From positions 18,786,001-18,850,000 of the forward strand of contig JBHGNT010000001.1 of assembly GCA_043228905.1 (NCBI GenBank): a DNA stretch of 64,000 nucleotides, written 5' to 3'. The position numbers were made by a program, and so were the translations under genes. Under the pieces are notes generated by a model. It was not told where the DNA came from. It searched no databases and was given only the letters and a program-made list of their open reading frames with translations. Positions within the stretch are counted from its first letter, which is position 1; each line of letters begins with the position of its first letter. Source of the stretch: Azolla caroliniana (Eukaryota; Plantae; Polypodiophyta). This document shows, piece after piece, positions 13,421 to 26,171 of this stretch.

Positions 13421-13897
13421 ACGAATGTACCCGGAGAGAGATTCGGATGCGGGGACATATTTGTGAATATGTTTGCTAAGAGCCCTTGTGGCTATATTTG
13501 TAAATAGCCCGAAAGTCATATATGTATAAATATGACTTAGGGCAAACAGTTTATGTTGTTGCTCATTTTTCCCATGCGAAGTGAGAGCAGCCGAGAGAGA
13601 GAGAGAGATAGAGCGCGAGAGAGACGAAGAGGTAGACGCCTCTGTGTACTTCCGCCGCCTGTGGCGAGGACAGCGAGCTCAAGGTCGTTGCCTTGCAGCT
13701 CGCCATTGTATATTTCTCTGTGCATAGTTTGGTTTGGAGTCTCGCACTCCCGTGGTTTTTCCCGTATAGGGTTTTCCACGTTAATCCCTGTGTATCGCGT
13801 CTTTCTCTGTATTTCCTATTTTCTGCTACATTGATCCGCGATTAATCGGTTGTGGCCGAGTGAAGAAGGTGAATCCAAGCGGTGATTCCTTACAAAC

Positions 13898-13909
13898 TGG
13901 TATCAGAGC
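13898..13909 (+). promoter_or_regulatory. tRNA-iMet primer-binding site
   Basis: TGGTATCAGAGC 3 nt after the 5' LTR. Confidence 0.95.
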
Positions 13910-13923
13910 GACTGTTGCAGAAA

Positions 13924-16900
13924 ATGGAAGGCGGCGGCAGCGGGCAGCCGATGATGATGGTGCTGAATGCACAGAATTACGCCGACTGGAAGATCAAGAT
14001 GGAGGATCTTCTGATTGTTCGGGACCTGTACGAACCGATTGACAGGTCGGAAATACCGAAAGGGGTACTTGAGTCGGAGTGGAAGCTCCTGAACCGGAAA
14101 GCCGTAGCGACGATCCGACAATACGTCGATGTAAGCGTCCTACAACATGTGGCGAACGACACCAACGCATACGAGATGTGGAAGAAGCTGTCGGGCCTCT
14201 ATGAGAGGAAGAATGCGTTGAACCGGACCTCCCTGATGAGGAAGATTGTGAATCTCAAGTACCGGGACGGCGAGAGTATGGTGGAACACGTAAGCACGTT
14301 CATGGGATTCGTGAACCAGCTTGCGGCGATCAAGTTCCCGTTGGAGGATGCAATGCAAGCCATCATCCTGATGTGTACATTGCCGGACAGCTGGGAGAAC
14401 TTGGTGGTGACTCTCAGCACCTCTTGCACGGAAGACAACTTGTCCCTACAAACGGTAAAGACAAGTATTTTGAACGAAGAAGCGCGTCGGAGAGACAAAG
14501 AACCGGCCTCCGACTCGAAGGCGCTGCTTACCGAATCGGAACGGGGAAGACACTGGAACCGGAGTCCGCAAAGACGGGAGAAGTCGGGGACCCGGTCGCA
14601 GTCAAGAGGAAGGCCCACGTGCTTCCACTGTGGGAAGCCGGGGCACTTCCGGAAGAATTGTCGGCATTACCGAAAGGACAACGGAGCCGACGACACCGAT
14701 TCGAAGAAGTCACCGGAGAGAAACGGTGCATACCGGGGAGCAACGGACCGGAGAGGTTCGGATCGGCGAGGGCAGGACCGGAAAGGAACAACGGCACTCG
14801 CGGCAAGTGAGGAAGAAATCATGCTCATCACCGAAGAAGGTGAACTAAACATTGCCGGCGATGAGACGACCTGGGTGGTCGATTCCGGAGCATCGTTCCA
14901 CCTGACCCCGGAGAGAAGATACTTCTCATCCTACACAGCCGGCGAGCATGGCTGTGTTCGGATGGGAAACGAAGGCACGTGCCGAATTGCCGGCATAGGA
15001 GACGTGTGGTTGACAACCCCGACCGGATGCAAAATGCTGCTGAAGAATGTCCGACACGTTCCGGAGGTCCGACTGAACCTGATTTCAGCCGGGAGGCTAG
15101 ATGATGAAGGCTACACGGGTAGCATCCGGAACGGTGTCATGAAGTTCAGCAAGGGGAACCTGATAGTGGCTCGGGCCCGGAAGGTCAACACACTGTACCT
15201 GATGAATGCCTGGCTATGTCCGGAAGAGCTGAATGTGGCAGCCGACACTGCCGGTGAGCTGTGGCACAAGAGACTGTGCCACATGAGTGAGAAGGGGATG
15301 AAGAGGCTTGCAGAAGACAACCTTATCCCAGTGAAGCATGTGCACCTGGAGAAGTGCACCGATTGCTTGGCCGGTAAGCAGAACCGAACCTCCTTCCACT
15401 CAAGGCCACCGACGAGACGTAGCGCACCATTGGAGTTGGTGCACACTGACGTGTGTCAGGTAGAGACGAAGTCACATGGCGGAGCCCAGTACTTCGTAAC
15501 ATTCATCGATGATCATAGCCGGAAGCTGTGGACGGCACCGTTGAAGACAAAGGACCAAGTGTTGTGCGTCTTCAAAGAACTCCACGCGAGAGTGGAGAGA
15601 GAATCCGGCAAGAAGCTGAAAGCGATACGAGCGGATAACGGAGGGGAATACCGGGGGCAGTTCCAGGAGTACTGTCGCTCGAAGGGAATCCGACTCGAGT
15701 TTACTGTGCCGAAGACGCCGGAACTGAACGGGCTGGCCGAGAGGATGAACCGGACCATAATGGAGAGGGTCCGGAGTATGCTGGCACATGCGAAATTACC
15801 CAAGGGGTTTTGGGCTGAGGCAATGTCGACGGCGACATATGTGATAAATAGATCACCCTCAGTACCTTTGGACGGAGACACGCCGCAGAGAGTGTGGACC
15901 GGTAAGGAAGTATCCTACCGGCATCTGAAGGTGTTCGGGTGTCTCGCATACGTGCATGTGGCAAAGGACCGGAGAGGAAAGCTAGATCCGAAGACCCGGC
16001 CATGCATATTCCTCGGTTACGGCGACGACGAGTTCGGCTACCGAGTATGGGACCCGGTCAACAAGAAGATATTCCGGAGTCGTGATATCATCTTCATGGA
16101 GAACAAGACACTCGCCGACTGGGAGTCGGAGAAGAAGATGAAGAGCTCCAAGTCGACCGGTGAGGATCAACTCTACGAGGAGCAGTCCCGACCGGCAAGG
16201 GACCGGTTAGCACTCGAGGATCCGGCCGAAGACGGTGAAGAAACAGAACCGGCCGAAGAAGATGAAAATGATACCGGAACCGGCCCCGATCCCGAAATGG
16301 ATTCGGATGAAGAAGAAGAATCGGAAGAACCGGTTACCGAAGCTCCCGAACGGAGATATCCTCTAAGAGAGAGGAGAGCCCCCCGGAGATTTCCGGAACC
16401 AGAGCACGTGCTGCTAACCGACGAGGGGGAGCCGGAGAGCTTTGAAGAAGCAAAGCATGACACCCAGAGCCGCAGGTGGTTGAGTGCCATGCAGGACGAG
16501 ATGGATTCCCTGCATGAGAACCACACATATGAACTTGTGGAGTTGCCGAAAGGAAAACGAGCACTCCGTAACAAGTGGGTGTTCAAGCTGAAATCGGGAG
16601 ATGCCGGAAACCCCCCGAGATACAAAGCCAGGATCGTGGTGAAGGGGTTTCAGCAGAAGAAGGGCGTCGACTTCGACGAGATATTTGCCCCGGTAGTGAA
16701 GATGACCTCCATCCGGACGGTGCTGAGCATAGCGGCAAGCATGGACCTCGAGGTAGAACAGATGGACGTGAAGACGGCATTCCTTCACGGTGACCTCGAA
16801 GAAGAGATCTACATGCAGCAACCGGAAGGATTCGAGAAGAAAGGGAAGGAGCACCTGGTATGCCGGTTGAAGAAGAGCCTTTACGGACTGAAGCAGGCTC

Positions 16901-18000
16901 CCCGGCAATGGTACCGGAAGTTCGACTCCTTCATGACCGACGAAGGGTACCTCAAAACGCAGTCCGATCACTGCGTGTTTGTGAAGAAGTTCGAAGGAGG
17001 AGACTTTCTAATACTCCTCTTGTACGTGGACGACATGTTGATCGTCGGACGGGACCAGGTCAAGATACGGATGCTGAAGAAGGCTCTTCACCGAACCTTC
17101 TCAATGAAGGACTTGGGTCCGGCGAGACAAATACTAGGGATGCACATCATCCGGGACCGGAGCAAGAAGCAGTTGTGGCTGTCACAAGAGAAGTACGTGA
17201 CAAAGGTGCTTCAACGGTTCAACATGTCGGAAGCAAGACCGGTCGGATCAACCCTACCGGCAAACTGCAAGTTGTCCAGCAAGCAAAGTCCCAAGACAAA
17301 GGCTGAAAAGGAGGATATGATGAAAGTGCCATATGCCTCAGCCGTCGGGAGCTTGATGTACGCCATGGTGTGTACGAGACCGGACATCGGATATGCAGTC
17401 GGAGTGGTGAGCCGGTACATGAGCAATCCCGGCAAAGAGCATTGGAACGCGGTCAAGTGGATACTTCGATACCTGAAGGGCACGGCAAACGTGTGCCTCC
17501 GATTCGGCTCCGGTAAACCCGAACTCGACGGCTTCACCGATTCGGATATGTCGGCTGATGCAGATACCAGCCGGTCCACATCAGGGTATGTGATGACTTA
17601 TGCAGGGGGAGCCGTTTCGTGGCAGTCGAGGCTGCAGAAGACGGTTGCGTTGTCAACCACGGAGGCGGAGTACATGGCAGCTGTTGAAGCCGGCAAGGAA
17701 ATAATATGGATGAAGGACTTCATTAGAGAGCTCGGGATCCGGCAGGAGGAGTACCGACTCTACTGCGATAGTCAGAGTGCCATCCACCTTGCAAAGAACG
17801 CGGCCTACCATTCCCGGACGAAACACATCCAGCGTAGATACCACTGGATCCGGGAAAGGATAGAAGACAAGGAGTTCGTGCTGACGAAGATCCACACGGA
17901 CGAGAACGGGTCGGATATGCTGACCAAGGTGCTCACACCCGACAAGCTGGAAGCATGCCGGAAGAGGATCGGGTTGGAGAGACATCCCATGCCGAAGTGA
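13924..18000 (+). CDS. Copia Gag-Pol polyprotein (~1358 aa)
   Basis: First ATG after the PBS; CFHCGKPGHFRKNC knuckle, WVVDSGAS protease, LWHKRLCH / LELVHTDV / RADNGGEY integrase, MDVKTAFLHG / LLYVDDML RT, FTDSD / LSTTEAEY RNase H. Confidence 0.96.
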   Translation: MEGGGSGQPMMMVLNAQNYADWKIKMEDLLIVRDLYEPIDRSEIPKGVLESEWKLLNRKAVATIRQYVDVSVLQHVANDTNAYEMWKKLSGLYERKNALNRTSLMRKIVNLKYRDGESMVEHVSTFMGFVNQLAAIKFPLEDAMQAIILMCTLPDSWENLVVTLSTSCTEDNLSLQTVKTSILNEEARRRDKEPASDSKALLTESERGRHWNRSPQRREKSGTRSQSRGRPTCFHCGKPGHFRKNCRHYRKDNGADDTDSKKSPERNGAYRGATDRRGSDRRGQDRKGTTALAASEEEIMLITEEGELNIAGDETTWVVDSGASFHLTPERRYFSSYTAGEHGCVRMGNEGTCRIAGIGDVWLTTPTGCKMLLKNVRHVPEVRLNLISAGRLDDEGYTGSIRNGVMKFSKGNLIVARARKVNTLYLMNAWLCPEELNVAADTAGELWHKRLCHMSEKGMKRLAEDNLIPVKHVHLEKCTDCLAGKQNRTSFHSRPPTRRSAPLELVHTDVCQVETKSHGGAQYFVTFIDDHSRKLWTAPLKTKDQVLCVFKELHARVERESGKKLKAIRADNGGEYRGQFQEYCRSKGIRLEFTVPKTPELNGLAERMNRTIMERVRSMLAHAKLPKGFWAEAMSTATYVINRSPSVPLDGDTPQRVWTGKEVSYRHLKVFGCLAYVHVAKDRRGKLDPKTRPCIFLGYGDDEFGYRVWDPVNKKIFRSRDIIFMENKTLADWESEKKMKSSKSTGEDQLYEEQSRPARDRLALEDPAEDGEETEPAEEDENDTGTGPDPEMDSDEEEESEEPVTEAPERRYPLRERRAPRRFPEPEHVLLTDEGEPESFEEAKHDTQSRRWLSAMQDEMDSLHENHTYELVELPKGKRALRNKWVFKLKSGDAGNPPRYKARIVVKGFQQKKGVDFDEIFAPVVKMTSIRTVLSIAASMDLEVEQMDVKTAFLHGDLEEEIYMQQPEGFEKKGKEHLVCRLKKSLYGLKQAPRQWYRKFDSFMTDEGYLKTQSDHCVFVKKFEGGDFLILLLYVDDMLIVGRDQVKIRMLKKALHRTFSMKDLGPARQILGMHIIRDRSKKQLWLSQEKYVTKVLQRFNMSEARPVGSTLPANCKLSSKQSPKTKAEKEDMMKVPYASAVGSLMYAMVCTRPDIGYAVGVVSRYMSNPGKEHWNAVKWILRYLKGTANVCLRFGSGKPELDGFTDSDMSADADTSRSTSGYVMTYAGGAVSWQSRLQKTVALSTTEAEYMAAVEAGKEIIWMKDFIRELGIRQEEYRLYCDSQSAIHLAKNAAYHSRTKHIQRRYHWIRERIEDKEFVLTKIHTDENGSDMLTKVLTPDKLEACRKRIGLERHPMPK

Positions 18001-18010
18001 AGGGGGAGTT
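17994..18010 (+). promoter_or_regulatory. Polypurine tract of the copia element
   Basis: GAAGTGAAGGGGGAGTT directly before the 3' LTR. Confidence 0.9.
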
Positions 18011-18776
18011 TGTTGGGATTTCGGTCCCTCCGGATGGGATGTCCGGATGATGAAGACCCCGGTTACGGAGCCGGATGAAGAGTACCCGGATACGGATCCG
18101 GATGATGAAGACCCCGGTTACGGAGCCGGATGAAGAGTACCCGGATACGGATCCGGATGATGAAGACCCCGGTTACGGAGCCGGATGAAGAGTACCCGGA
18201 TACGGATCCGGATGATGAAGACCCCGGTTACGGAGCCGGATGAAGAGTACCCGGATACGGATCCGGATGATGAAGACCCCGGTTACGGAGCCGGATGACG
18301 AATGTACCCGGAGAGAGATTCGGATGCGGGGACATATTTGTGAATATGTTTGCTAAGAGCCCTTGTGGCTATATTTGTAAATAGCCCGAAAGTCATATAT
18401 GTATAAATATGACTTAGGGCAAACAGTTTATGTTGTTGCTCATTTTTCCCATGCGAAGTGAGAGCAGCCGAGAGAGAGAGAGAGATAGAGCGCGAGAGAG
18501 ACGAAGAGGTAGACGCCTCTGTGTACTTCCGCCGCCTGTGGCGAGGACAGCGAGCTCAAGGTCGTTGCCTTGCAGCTCGCCATTGTATATTTCTCTGTGC
18601 ATAGTTTGGTTTGGAGTCTCGCACTCCCGTGGTTTTTCCCGTATAGGGTTTTCCACGTTAATCCCTGTGTATCGCGTCTTTCTCTGTATTTCCTATTTTC
18701 TGCTACATTGATCCGCGATTAATCGGTTGTGGCCGAGTGAAGAAGGTGAATCCAAGCGGTGATTCCTTACACTACC

Positions 18777-19800
18777 TTCGAGTAGCCGATGTTGAACCTC
18801 ATCCTTGGGTAGAAGAGATAATCAAAGAAATTGACGTCGACAAAATCACGAACAAATAGGTGTCTCGATTCTTAAACCTAAAAAAAGAGGGCTATGATAT
18901 GATGAATCCCACGAGTATAATATATTAATCAACCCTTATTAAAAAAATCAACAAAAAAAACAATTACAATTTGTTCTCCACCCTTATATAGTGATGGAAG
19001 AGACTAAGTATATCCCACCACATGGTAAGCATCATGCTTTTTCTAAAGTGTTCATGCACACTAGATGTGCATGAATCACTTTATCTATTATGTTTTTTCT
19101 TCTAATAATAGTGTTCATACACACATGAGATGTGCATGAATAGCTTTTTGATCATGCGTTTTCTTCTAACTAAAGTGTTTTTTTTAATATGCATGAAGTA
19201 ACATTTGTATGTGGGAAATCTACTTTTCTAACATTTTGAATTGTTAGTATAATGGTAAGGACTCAACTTATTAACATGGAGGTACATGGTTCGAATCTTG
19301 CCCTATGCATGTAATATATATTTTAATATTTGCTTCTATTTCCTTATTTTTATTGAGTCAGGTACTCCATACGTTTTTCAGGTAGTGTACGAAATGCACT
19401 ATGACAACATTGGATGCAAAAACCCTTGAATCATATTTCAAAGAATACTCTCCCTCAGCCAAAGCTTACCGTAGACAAGGGGGTCCAGATGTATGTTTCC
19501 ATGATGTAGCAAAATATTTGTTGGAAGTTGCTTGTGTAAACCCACGATCATATTGCATGCCAAAATAGAGGGCTGGGTTCATAATAGCTACATATGAGGG
19601 GGAGAAAATCGATTGGGAATACGTTACTGGTGTTGTGTTCAGAGAACAACTACATAGGGTGCAGAATGGAAAAGCCATGAAGCCGATCTTTGCACGATGC
19701 CTGGCAGTATTATGTCCTACACCGGGAACATAGACAGGACGTAAGACCTCAGGAAAAGGGGCATTCGTCACAGGCAAGGCCGAAGTAATCGGTACGTTGA
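18777..19800 (+). pseudogene. Relic of the Phygy/Tat-like extra ORF (continues from ~13030-13188), interrupted by an AT-rich insert at ~18920-19410
   Basis: Translates to PHPWVEEIIKEIDVD and YFKEYSPSAKAYR..AGFIIATYEGEKIDW, homologous to the extra ORFs of A and D. Confidence 0.65.
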
Positions 19801-19811
19801 ACAATTTCATG

Positions 19812-20745
19812 TGACATCTGGCACAAACCAGAGTCGACGTTAGTACCCGAACCCAACAACCTACGTTGTCGAGGAAATTCCCATGTGTTTGCGAAATGAA
19901 ACGGGACCGCCAAGGTCTTGGACCTAAAGGACTCAATGTTTTACTAGCGTAAGCGAGAAAGTATTGAAGATAGGGAGATAGACGAAGATTCCAATTCTAA
20001 GGTTGAACCCTTGAATTCAATTTTAAGAGACAAAATACATCACCAATGGGATAACTAAATTTTTTATTATCAATCTCTTGAATCAGTACATAGCTCCCGT
20101 TTTTTATCTTTTTCTTCCTTTCTTTTATAGATGCCCCCATGCATATGATGCATGTGAGGGTACAAGAATTGCATACAATGCATGGAATGCATGATTGTCA
20201 TTCAGTGCTCATGCATTACATGTGATCCATGATAACCATGTCACTTATTCAAGCTCTCATGTATGAGAATTTACATGTGAAAAATATCACGATAAACGTA
20301 TAGTTTTACAAGCGAGAAACAACTTAACTTAGTAGTAAGTCAATTGTCTCCTCTTTTGGAGGTGCAAGGTTCAAAACCTTACTGGCACCCCTCGGCATGC
20401 ACAAAAAGGCCACTAGGCCCTAGACTTATTTTCAAATGTTTGTGTAATGTGCGCACATCACATGTGTACATGTTTAACCTTACAACCTTTCTTTTCTCGG
20501 TTCTCATTTCATTCATATTTACAACATGCTAACGTACGCATGTAAGGCACCTTCTCGATTTTGTCTGTTCCACGCGATTTTCACACCATTGTCGAAAATC
20601 TTCACGACATCCACCCCCACAAAAACCACACATCCTCTGGTATGTGCCAAGAAGAGAGTGTGAGATTTCGGCTACGGTGATCAATCAAATTCCTCCACGT
20701 CCTCGTTGACCTCGTTCACGTTTGCGAGTTCCACCCTGCCATCTA
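19812..20745 (-). mobile_element. Decayed 3' LTR (~19812-20609) and internal end of an element related to element G
   Basis: Minus strand GGGGGTGGA-TGTCGTGAAG matches the PPT/LTR start of element G at 38929; left end approximate. Confidence 0.55.
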
Positions 20746-22830
20746 TGTTGGCCTTTAGAGTATAATCCGAAGGATAAGTGTGGACAGGGAAGAGATGGAT
20801 CGAATGAATATTATGTAAATAGTAGTTATTAAGGAAAGGACGGATTTAGATAGTTGTACTGATCCAGATCCGCACCGATTAGTAGCCAGTAGTCGGTAAG
20901 GCACCGTTTTGTAATATGTACCAGATGCCTATACAAGGATCCAAATTGATGTATAAATTTTACGGAATTAATAGAAGTTAAGTGTTGTTGTTTTCCATCT
21001 TATTTGTTATCTTGTTTACTTGTCGTCTGTGCTACAATTATAAATCATATGTGTGTAATTAAGTTCCAGATAAGGGTGTGATTCCGGAAGGCATTCCAGA
21101 AAGTAACTGGATAGTGTTAAGTGAATAAGATCCGAATTATCATCCATATCTCCAACCACCCCCCTTTTGGTGACATGTTTCGGAAGGAGACCCTGTGTTT
21201 GTGGTTAGTGTGGCCTAGGAGAAACAAAGTTTTGGCGACCACGATTCCTACATAGAGTAGTGAACAAACGGGGAATGGATGTCTAGACAGACGAATGACC
21301 CAGTGATCGAGCGAGTGAGAAGATTAGCCGATTGACTGCAGAGGCGTGAAGCTTACCAACGGTCGAGAGAAGAGATTCGGCAGGATCGATCTTTTCCCAG
21401 AGTGCTCCAATGGGTCGTGGAGTAAACGGTCCGGATTCAAAATCAACGACACTAAGATGAAGGAAGCAACCTTACCAGTCTACTCGATGCCGAATCGATA
21501 TTCCAGAATTTAGCAACAGGCACTAGCGATTCAAAGGCCTTTTCGACATTCGAGTCAGGATTAGACAACGATGTGCGGAGCGTCCACTCGAACTATAGAT
21601 CCAGGCACGATACTCCAGAAGAGCTAGAGGAAGATGGATCCGAGCACACACTGGAGTCGATGGAACAAGAAATCTCGGTTCCAACACCACCGACAGAGGT
21701 TGTTGATCCAGTGCAACCAAACGAAGAGATCTCAGAACAACAATCAAAGGAGGAAGATGACTGCATGCCGACACCATCGGTACACGAACCCATACCCGGA
21801 ACGGGTTGAGGAAGAGGATAACATGGTGTACCCATATTCCAAGTACTGTGATGAACCAAATGCGGAAGCACATATTTATGCCTTTTTAAAGACATGGGAG
21901 GCCAACCATGTCTCACAGCAACTAACAGAAGCTGAAGCTGAAGCTGAATGATTGAAAATAGTAGAATTTGGCCTATCATTGGAAGGACCGATGATGTGAT
22001 GACATGCGAAACATCTGCTCGGGGGCTTCGCTACATTTCAGGCCCTGGGGTTGTTTCATCGACAAGTGGTGCAACAAGAGCTAGTCGGATGGTTCTATAC
22101 TACGTGCCAAGAACCAAGTAAAATCATAACTCAATTTATCATCCGGTTCTAGATGCTGCACAACCAATTAACGAGGGCACCCCCGGAGGATGAAGTTAAG
22201 GCAATATTTCTGGCAACCACTCCGAACTATGTTAGTAGTGTTAGATTTTCGGGCGAGTATAGTTGATGATGTCATTGAATAGGTACTCGAGATGGATAGG
22301 GCTCAGAACAATAATTATATGGCAATGAGGGCCTTAAAACATGCACTGCCTAGGGAGGAGGAACTTCGATTCCAACAGGCGGTGCAATGTACAACGTGTC
22401 TAAACCCTGACCATTCCACTGGAGAATGTACTATGCGGACACAATGTTTGTTGTGTCACTCAAAGAGACACACCATGGATCGGTGTGACTACAACTTATT
22501 GAACAGACAGGCTATGCCGGTAAGGCAAATTGAGCCCTGAGATGAGTGGAGGTTGGAGGATGACCGGTACCAAAGAGAGGACTGATACAGACCAGAAGGA
22601 CATTATCGGTAGGATGACCAAAGGAGAGACGATTATTTTTGGGATCGATATGAAAGGGACTATTCTCTAGAGTATGACCGGAGACGAGGAGGAGAACGAA
22701 GATATCCAGAACAATAGGGATACAACAATCACCGCCACAATTCAAACCACCGATGGGGAAGTTTCAATCAAAGGAATGAGCACCGGGACATGGACCGGGA
22801 GTGTTCGAGCTTAGATCTAACATAAGCATA
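20746..22830 (+). mobile_element. Truncated Phygy/Tat-like element: 5' LTR (20746-21226), PBS TGGCGACCACG (21233), gag relic
   Basis: LTR and leader similar to element D; gag motifs AHIYAFLKTWEANHVSQ, QAVQCTTCLNPDH..CLLCHSKRH. Confidence 0.8.
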
Positions 22831-22837
22831 TGATAAG

Positions 22838-23240
22838 TGTTGAGAGATGAAGCTCAACTTAGTTTAGTTATTTAGTCAACCATGTAACTTCGTAGTTACC
22901 TAGATAGAATCTAGTTAGGAGTGTTGACTATAAACCCTTAAATACGATTTCGTACTTGTACGTAAGTGGGGATACATTCAAGATCCTCCACTACCAAGTA
23001 TATTCAATATAAGACTTACATCCTTGTACCTATATTCTACTCACACATGTGCACTGTTGCACATGAGTTGTATATATACCTCATTGTGGGTATTTTTGTA
23101 TCTTGATGATGATAATGCTAATTTAATATAGAGTTAATAATCCCCCATCTTGTGTTGTTCATAAGTATATCTTCCTCTCTCTCTTCCTCTCACACACATA
23201 CACACACATATCACATAATCTTCCGTGCTTAACTTAATCA
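22838..23240 (+). repeat. Possible solo copia-type LTR
   Basis: Starts TGTTGAGAG..CTCAACTT like the LTR at 11364, with similar CT/CA-rich end; right boundary uncertain. Confidence 0.4.
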
Positions 23241-26171
23241 CATAATTAGGTACTAATTAACCCTTGCTTAATTACCTAATTCTTAATAATAAGGATAAAA
23301 GATAAATAATTAAGAAAGGAGAGAGAGAAAGAAGGGTGTCGATCCACCCAACCACTCATGAGCAAAGGGATCGAGATGGAATCGAGCCTCGATCGACATC
23401 CCATACAACTGTCGTGGCGTCGAGTCGTACCTGGTGTTGGTGCACTCATTACAAGAGTTGACCTACCATAGAATGGAGTCTCGACGTAGTCCAGAGATGA
23501 TCAAATGAGGGTAGCTAGGCCTCATATTTATAGTGAGACCCAAGGCCCCCAGGCAAGTTCACAATCCCAAGGATTAAATGTAGTCCTTCCCTTATTTACA
23601 CTCTCGTTTAACCCTCACACTTTATCCATGTGTATAGAATACTACGATAAATTCTCACCACGAGATATTATAAGGTCATGCCCGTAACATACTCCTCCTC
23701 TTTAACACATTGCACTCTTGCAATGGAAAGTTAGGGAAGTTAGTTCTAAGAGTATTTTCCCGTTCCCATTTGGCATCTTTTATAGACTTATCCACCCATT
23801 TAACTTAAAATTCTCGGATTATTTTAGAACACAATATTTTTGTTTTAACATCAAGAGTTCTTTCTGTAACATGTGGTTTAGAAGACAATTCTTCAGAAGT
23901 AACCAGAGTTTCAGTTCTCACTGTATTGTCGTCAAAACCAGAAGTTCTTTTAGATGACTTACATGAAAAACTGGATGGAGGCTAATTAACCAATGCGTTG
24001 AGGACTATAAAAGGTCCACAAAACCGTAGGGCTAACTTAGCGCACTTACCCATAGAAAATGTCTTAGAATTGTGAGGTACACGTAAAAATACCTTTTGTC
24101 CAGGGTTGAATACATGAGGTTGCATATTATGATCGGCATAAAAACGTGCTCTATCTTGAGTTGTTTTTATATTATTTCGTGCAATATGCAACATATCTTG
24201 CATGTACTAAAGAAAGTTTTCCGTGCTTCGCAACTCATCATGATGTATATTAATATCAATCGGGGCTCGTGGCTGAAAACCATACATCAACATAAAAGGA
24301 CAATATCATACGTCGACGTATGCTTGGAGCTGTTATAAGAAAACTACAAAATTGGGACATAACATTCCCATTTTGTTGGTCTTGCACCGATGTATGCTCA
24401 AAGCATGTCCTCAATAATTTGATTTACTCGTTCTGTCTGTCCATCGGATTGAGGATGACCCATGGAGCTCATGCTCAATGTAGTTTCTAATTGCTTAAAG
24501 ACTTGCATCCAAAAATTGTTAGTAAACTTTGGATCTCGATCACTCACGATATCCATCGGTAACCCATAAAAACGAAATGGCTCTTCAATGAATTGGTAAT
24601 CCAATTCAGGAGCTGTTACTGTGGTTTCAGTAGCCCTAAATCTGGCCATTTTAGTTAGTCAATCAACCACAACCCATATGGCATCATGGACTTTTTGGGT
24701 GCGAGGAAGGCTAACAATAAAATCTATGGATATACTTTCCCACTTATTAATTGGGAATGTCCAAGGGATGTAAAAGTCTAGCGGCGTTAAGTCGCTCGAC
24801 TTTGTTAACCTGACATTGGTGACATTTAGTCACATAGCTATGTATGTCACGATGCACCTAAAGCCAATAGAATTGAGTGGAGATGAGAACGAGTGTACGA
24901 TGTATTCCAGGGTGCCCTGTTGAGGGTGCATCATGGTATTCAAAGAGAATTCTTTCTTTGCCCTTAGGCAAATTTGGAACACAAAACTTCCCATTACGGT
25001 AGAGGAAACCATTAGCAATGTGGAAGGATTCCTTCGAGGATGTGGTGGTGTCTGTTCCAGACTCAACTCTTGCCCAATATTTTGCAAAATAACTGTCATC
25101 AGGATACTTTCCTTGAACGTGATCATAAAGATCTGATGTTATTTTAGCGAAGCTAAGAATGTTAACTTCATGGATGCGACTTAGTCCATCAATGACAGTG
25201 TTCATGAAAGCTTTAGGATATCGTATGGAAAAATCAAAGTCATGGTTGAGATTTGCCCATCGTGCCTTACGAACTTTCAGGTCTTGTTGGTCACGAAATT
25301 ATTTCAAGGAGTCGTGGTCCGTAATTACCACAAAACGATTTCCATAAAGATAATGACGCCATGTTTTGAGCGCATGTATAATTGCAAATAATTCCTTTTC
25401 TTGAACGGTATACCGACATTGAACAGAATCAAGTTTCTTACTCTCGAATGCTATTGGCATAGATTGACATATTTGAATTCGTCGGGTTTCCCATTCGAAT
25501 GAAAATGAATACGAATACGAATGGGTGGTCAAGTATTCGTTTAACTCAAAAAAAAAAAAAACTCTGTCTTTTTTAATTTCCTAGGATAAAAAAAAAGGAA
25601 ATTGACAATAAATAGGGATAATAAAAGAGGGAGTTGGGGATTTGACACTACTAAATTTTTATAATAAATGTATAACGTATAAGTTATAAGGATTCGTTTT
25701 ATTTTTAATAAATAAATAAAATAAAATAAAATAAAGGCTCATTAATTTCTCACTTTTATTCCCTCAAAATTTATTTTTATTTTGACATTAAAAATAGTAC
25801 TTCAAACTAATCATATCTGGGTGAAAGCATGCGAGTGGAAACAATTAGCTATGTCCTTGACATAGCTAATTAGCTATGCAAAAAGCTACCATTGATAAAT
25901 AGTCATTTTAGTAAAAAGCCATCATTAATAAATTAAGTATGCAAAAAACTACCATTGAAAATACTAGAGTGTTTTAATTACATATGTAAATGAGTGCCAT
26001 AAATGTGCAACATAAATTGATGTGTGCACCATAAATGTGTACCATAAATTATATATCGAATTCCTAGGTCCATTATGCATGATCCTTTGCCACATCACGT
26101 AGGCCATCTCTAGTTGAGTACTGTGGGTTAGTTGCTACCACTGTTGCTAAACCCTATCGAGTCCACCTGCC

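Larger units (their letters stand above)
13189..18771 (+). mobile_element. Intact, very young Ty1/copia LTR retrotransposon (Tnt1/Tork-like)
   Basis: LTRs 13189-13894 and 18011-18771 (TGTTGG...TTACA), look identical except for one 55-bp unit; TSD CTACC; PBS and PPT present; uninterrupted ORF. Confidence 0.97.

Noticed and set aside
13882-13923. ORF-track start of the copia polyprotein
   Set aside because: It begins inside the LTR and spans the PBS; the first ATG at 13924 is the plausible start
13903-17990. Many short antisense and alternate-frame ORFs over pol genes and LTRs
   Set aside because: Shadow ORFs of GC-rich coding sequence with no recognisable motifs
20726-20741. GAGTTCCACCCTGCCA before the LTR at 20746 as a third inverted PBS
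   Set aside because: Poor match, 4-nt spacer; this LTR is a 5' LTR and the flank appears to belong to a G-like element on the minus strand
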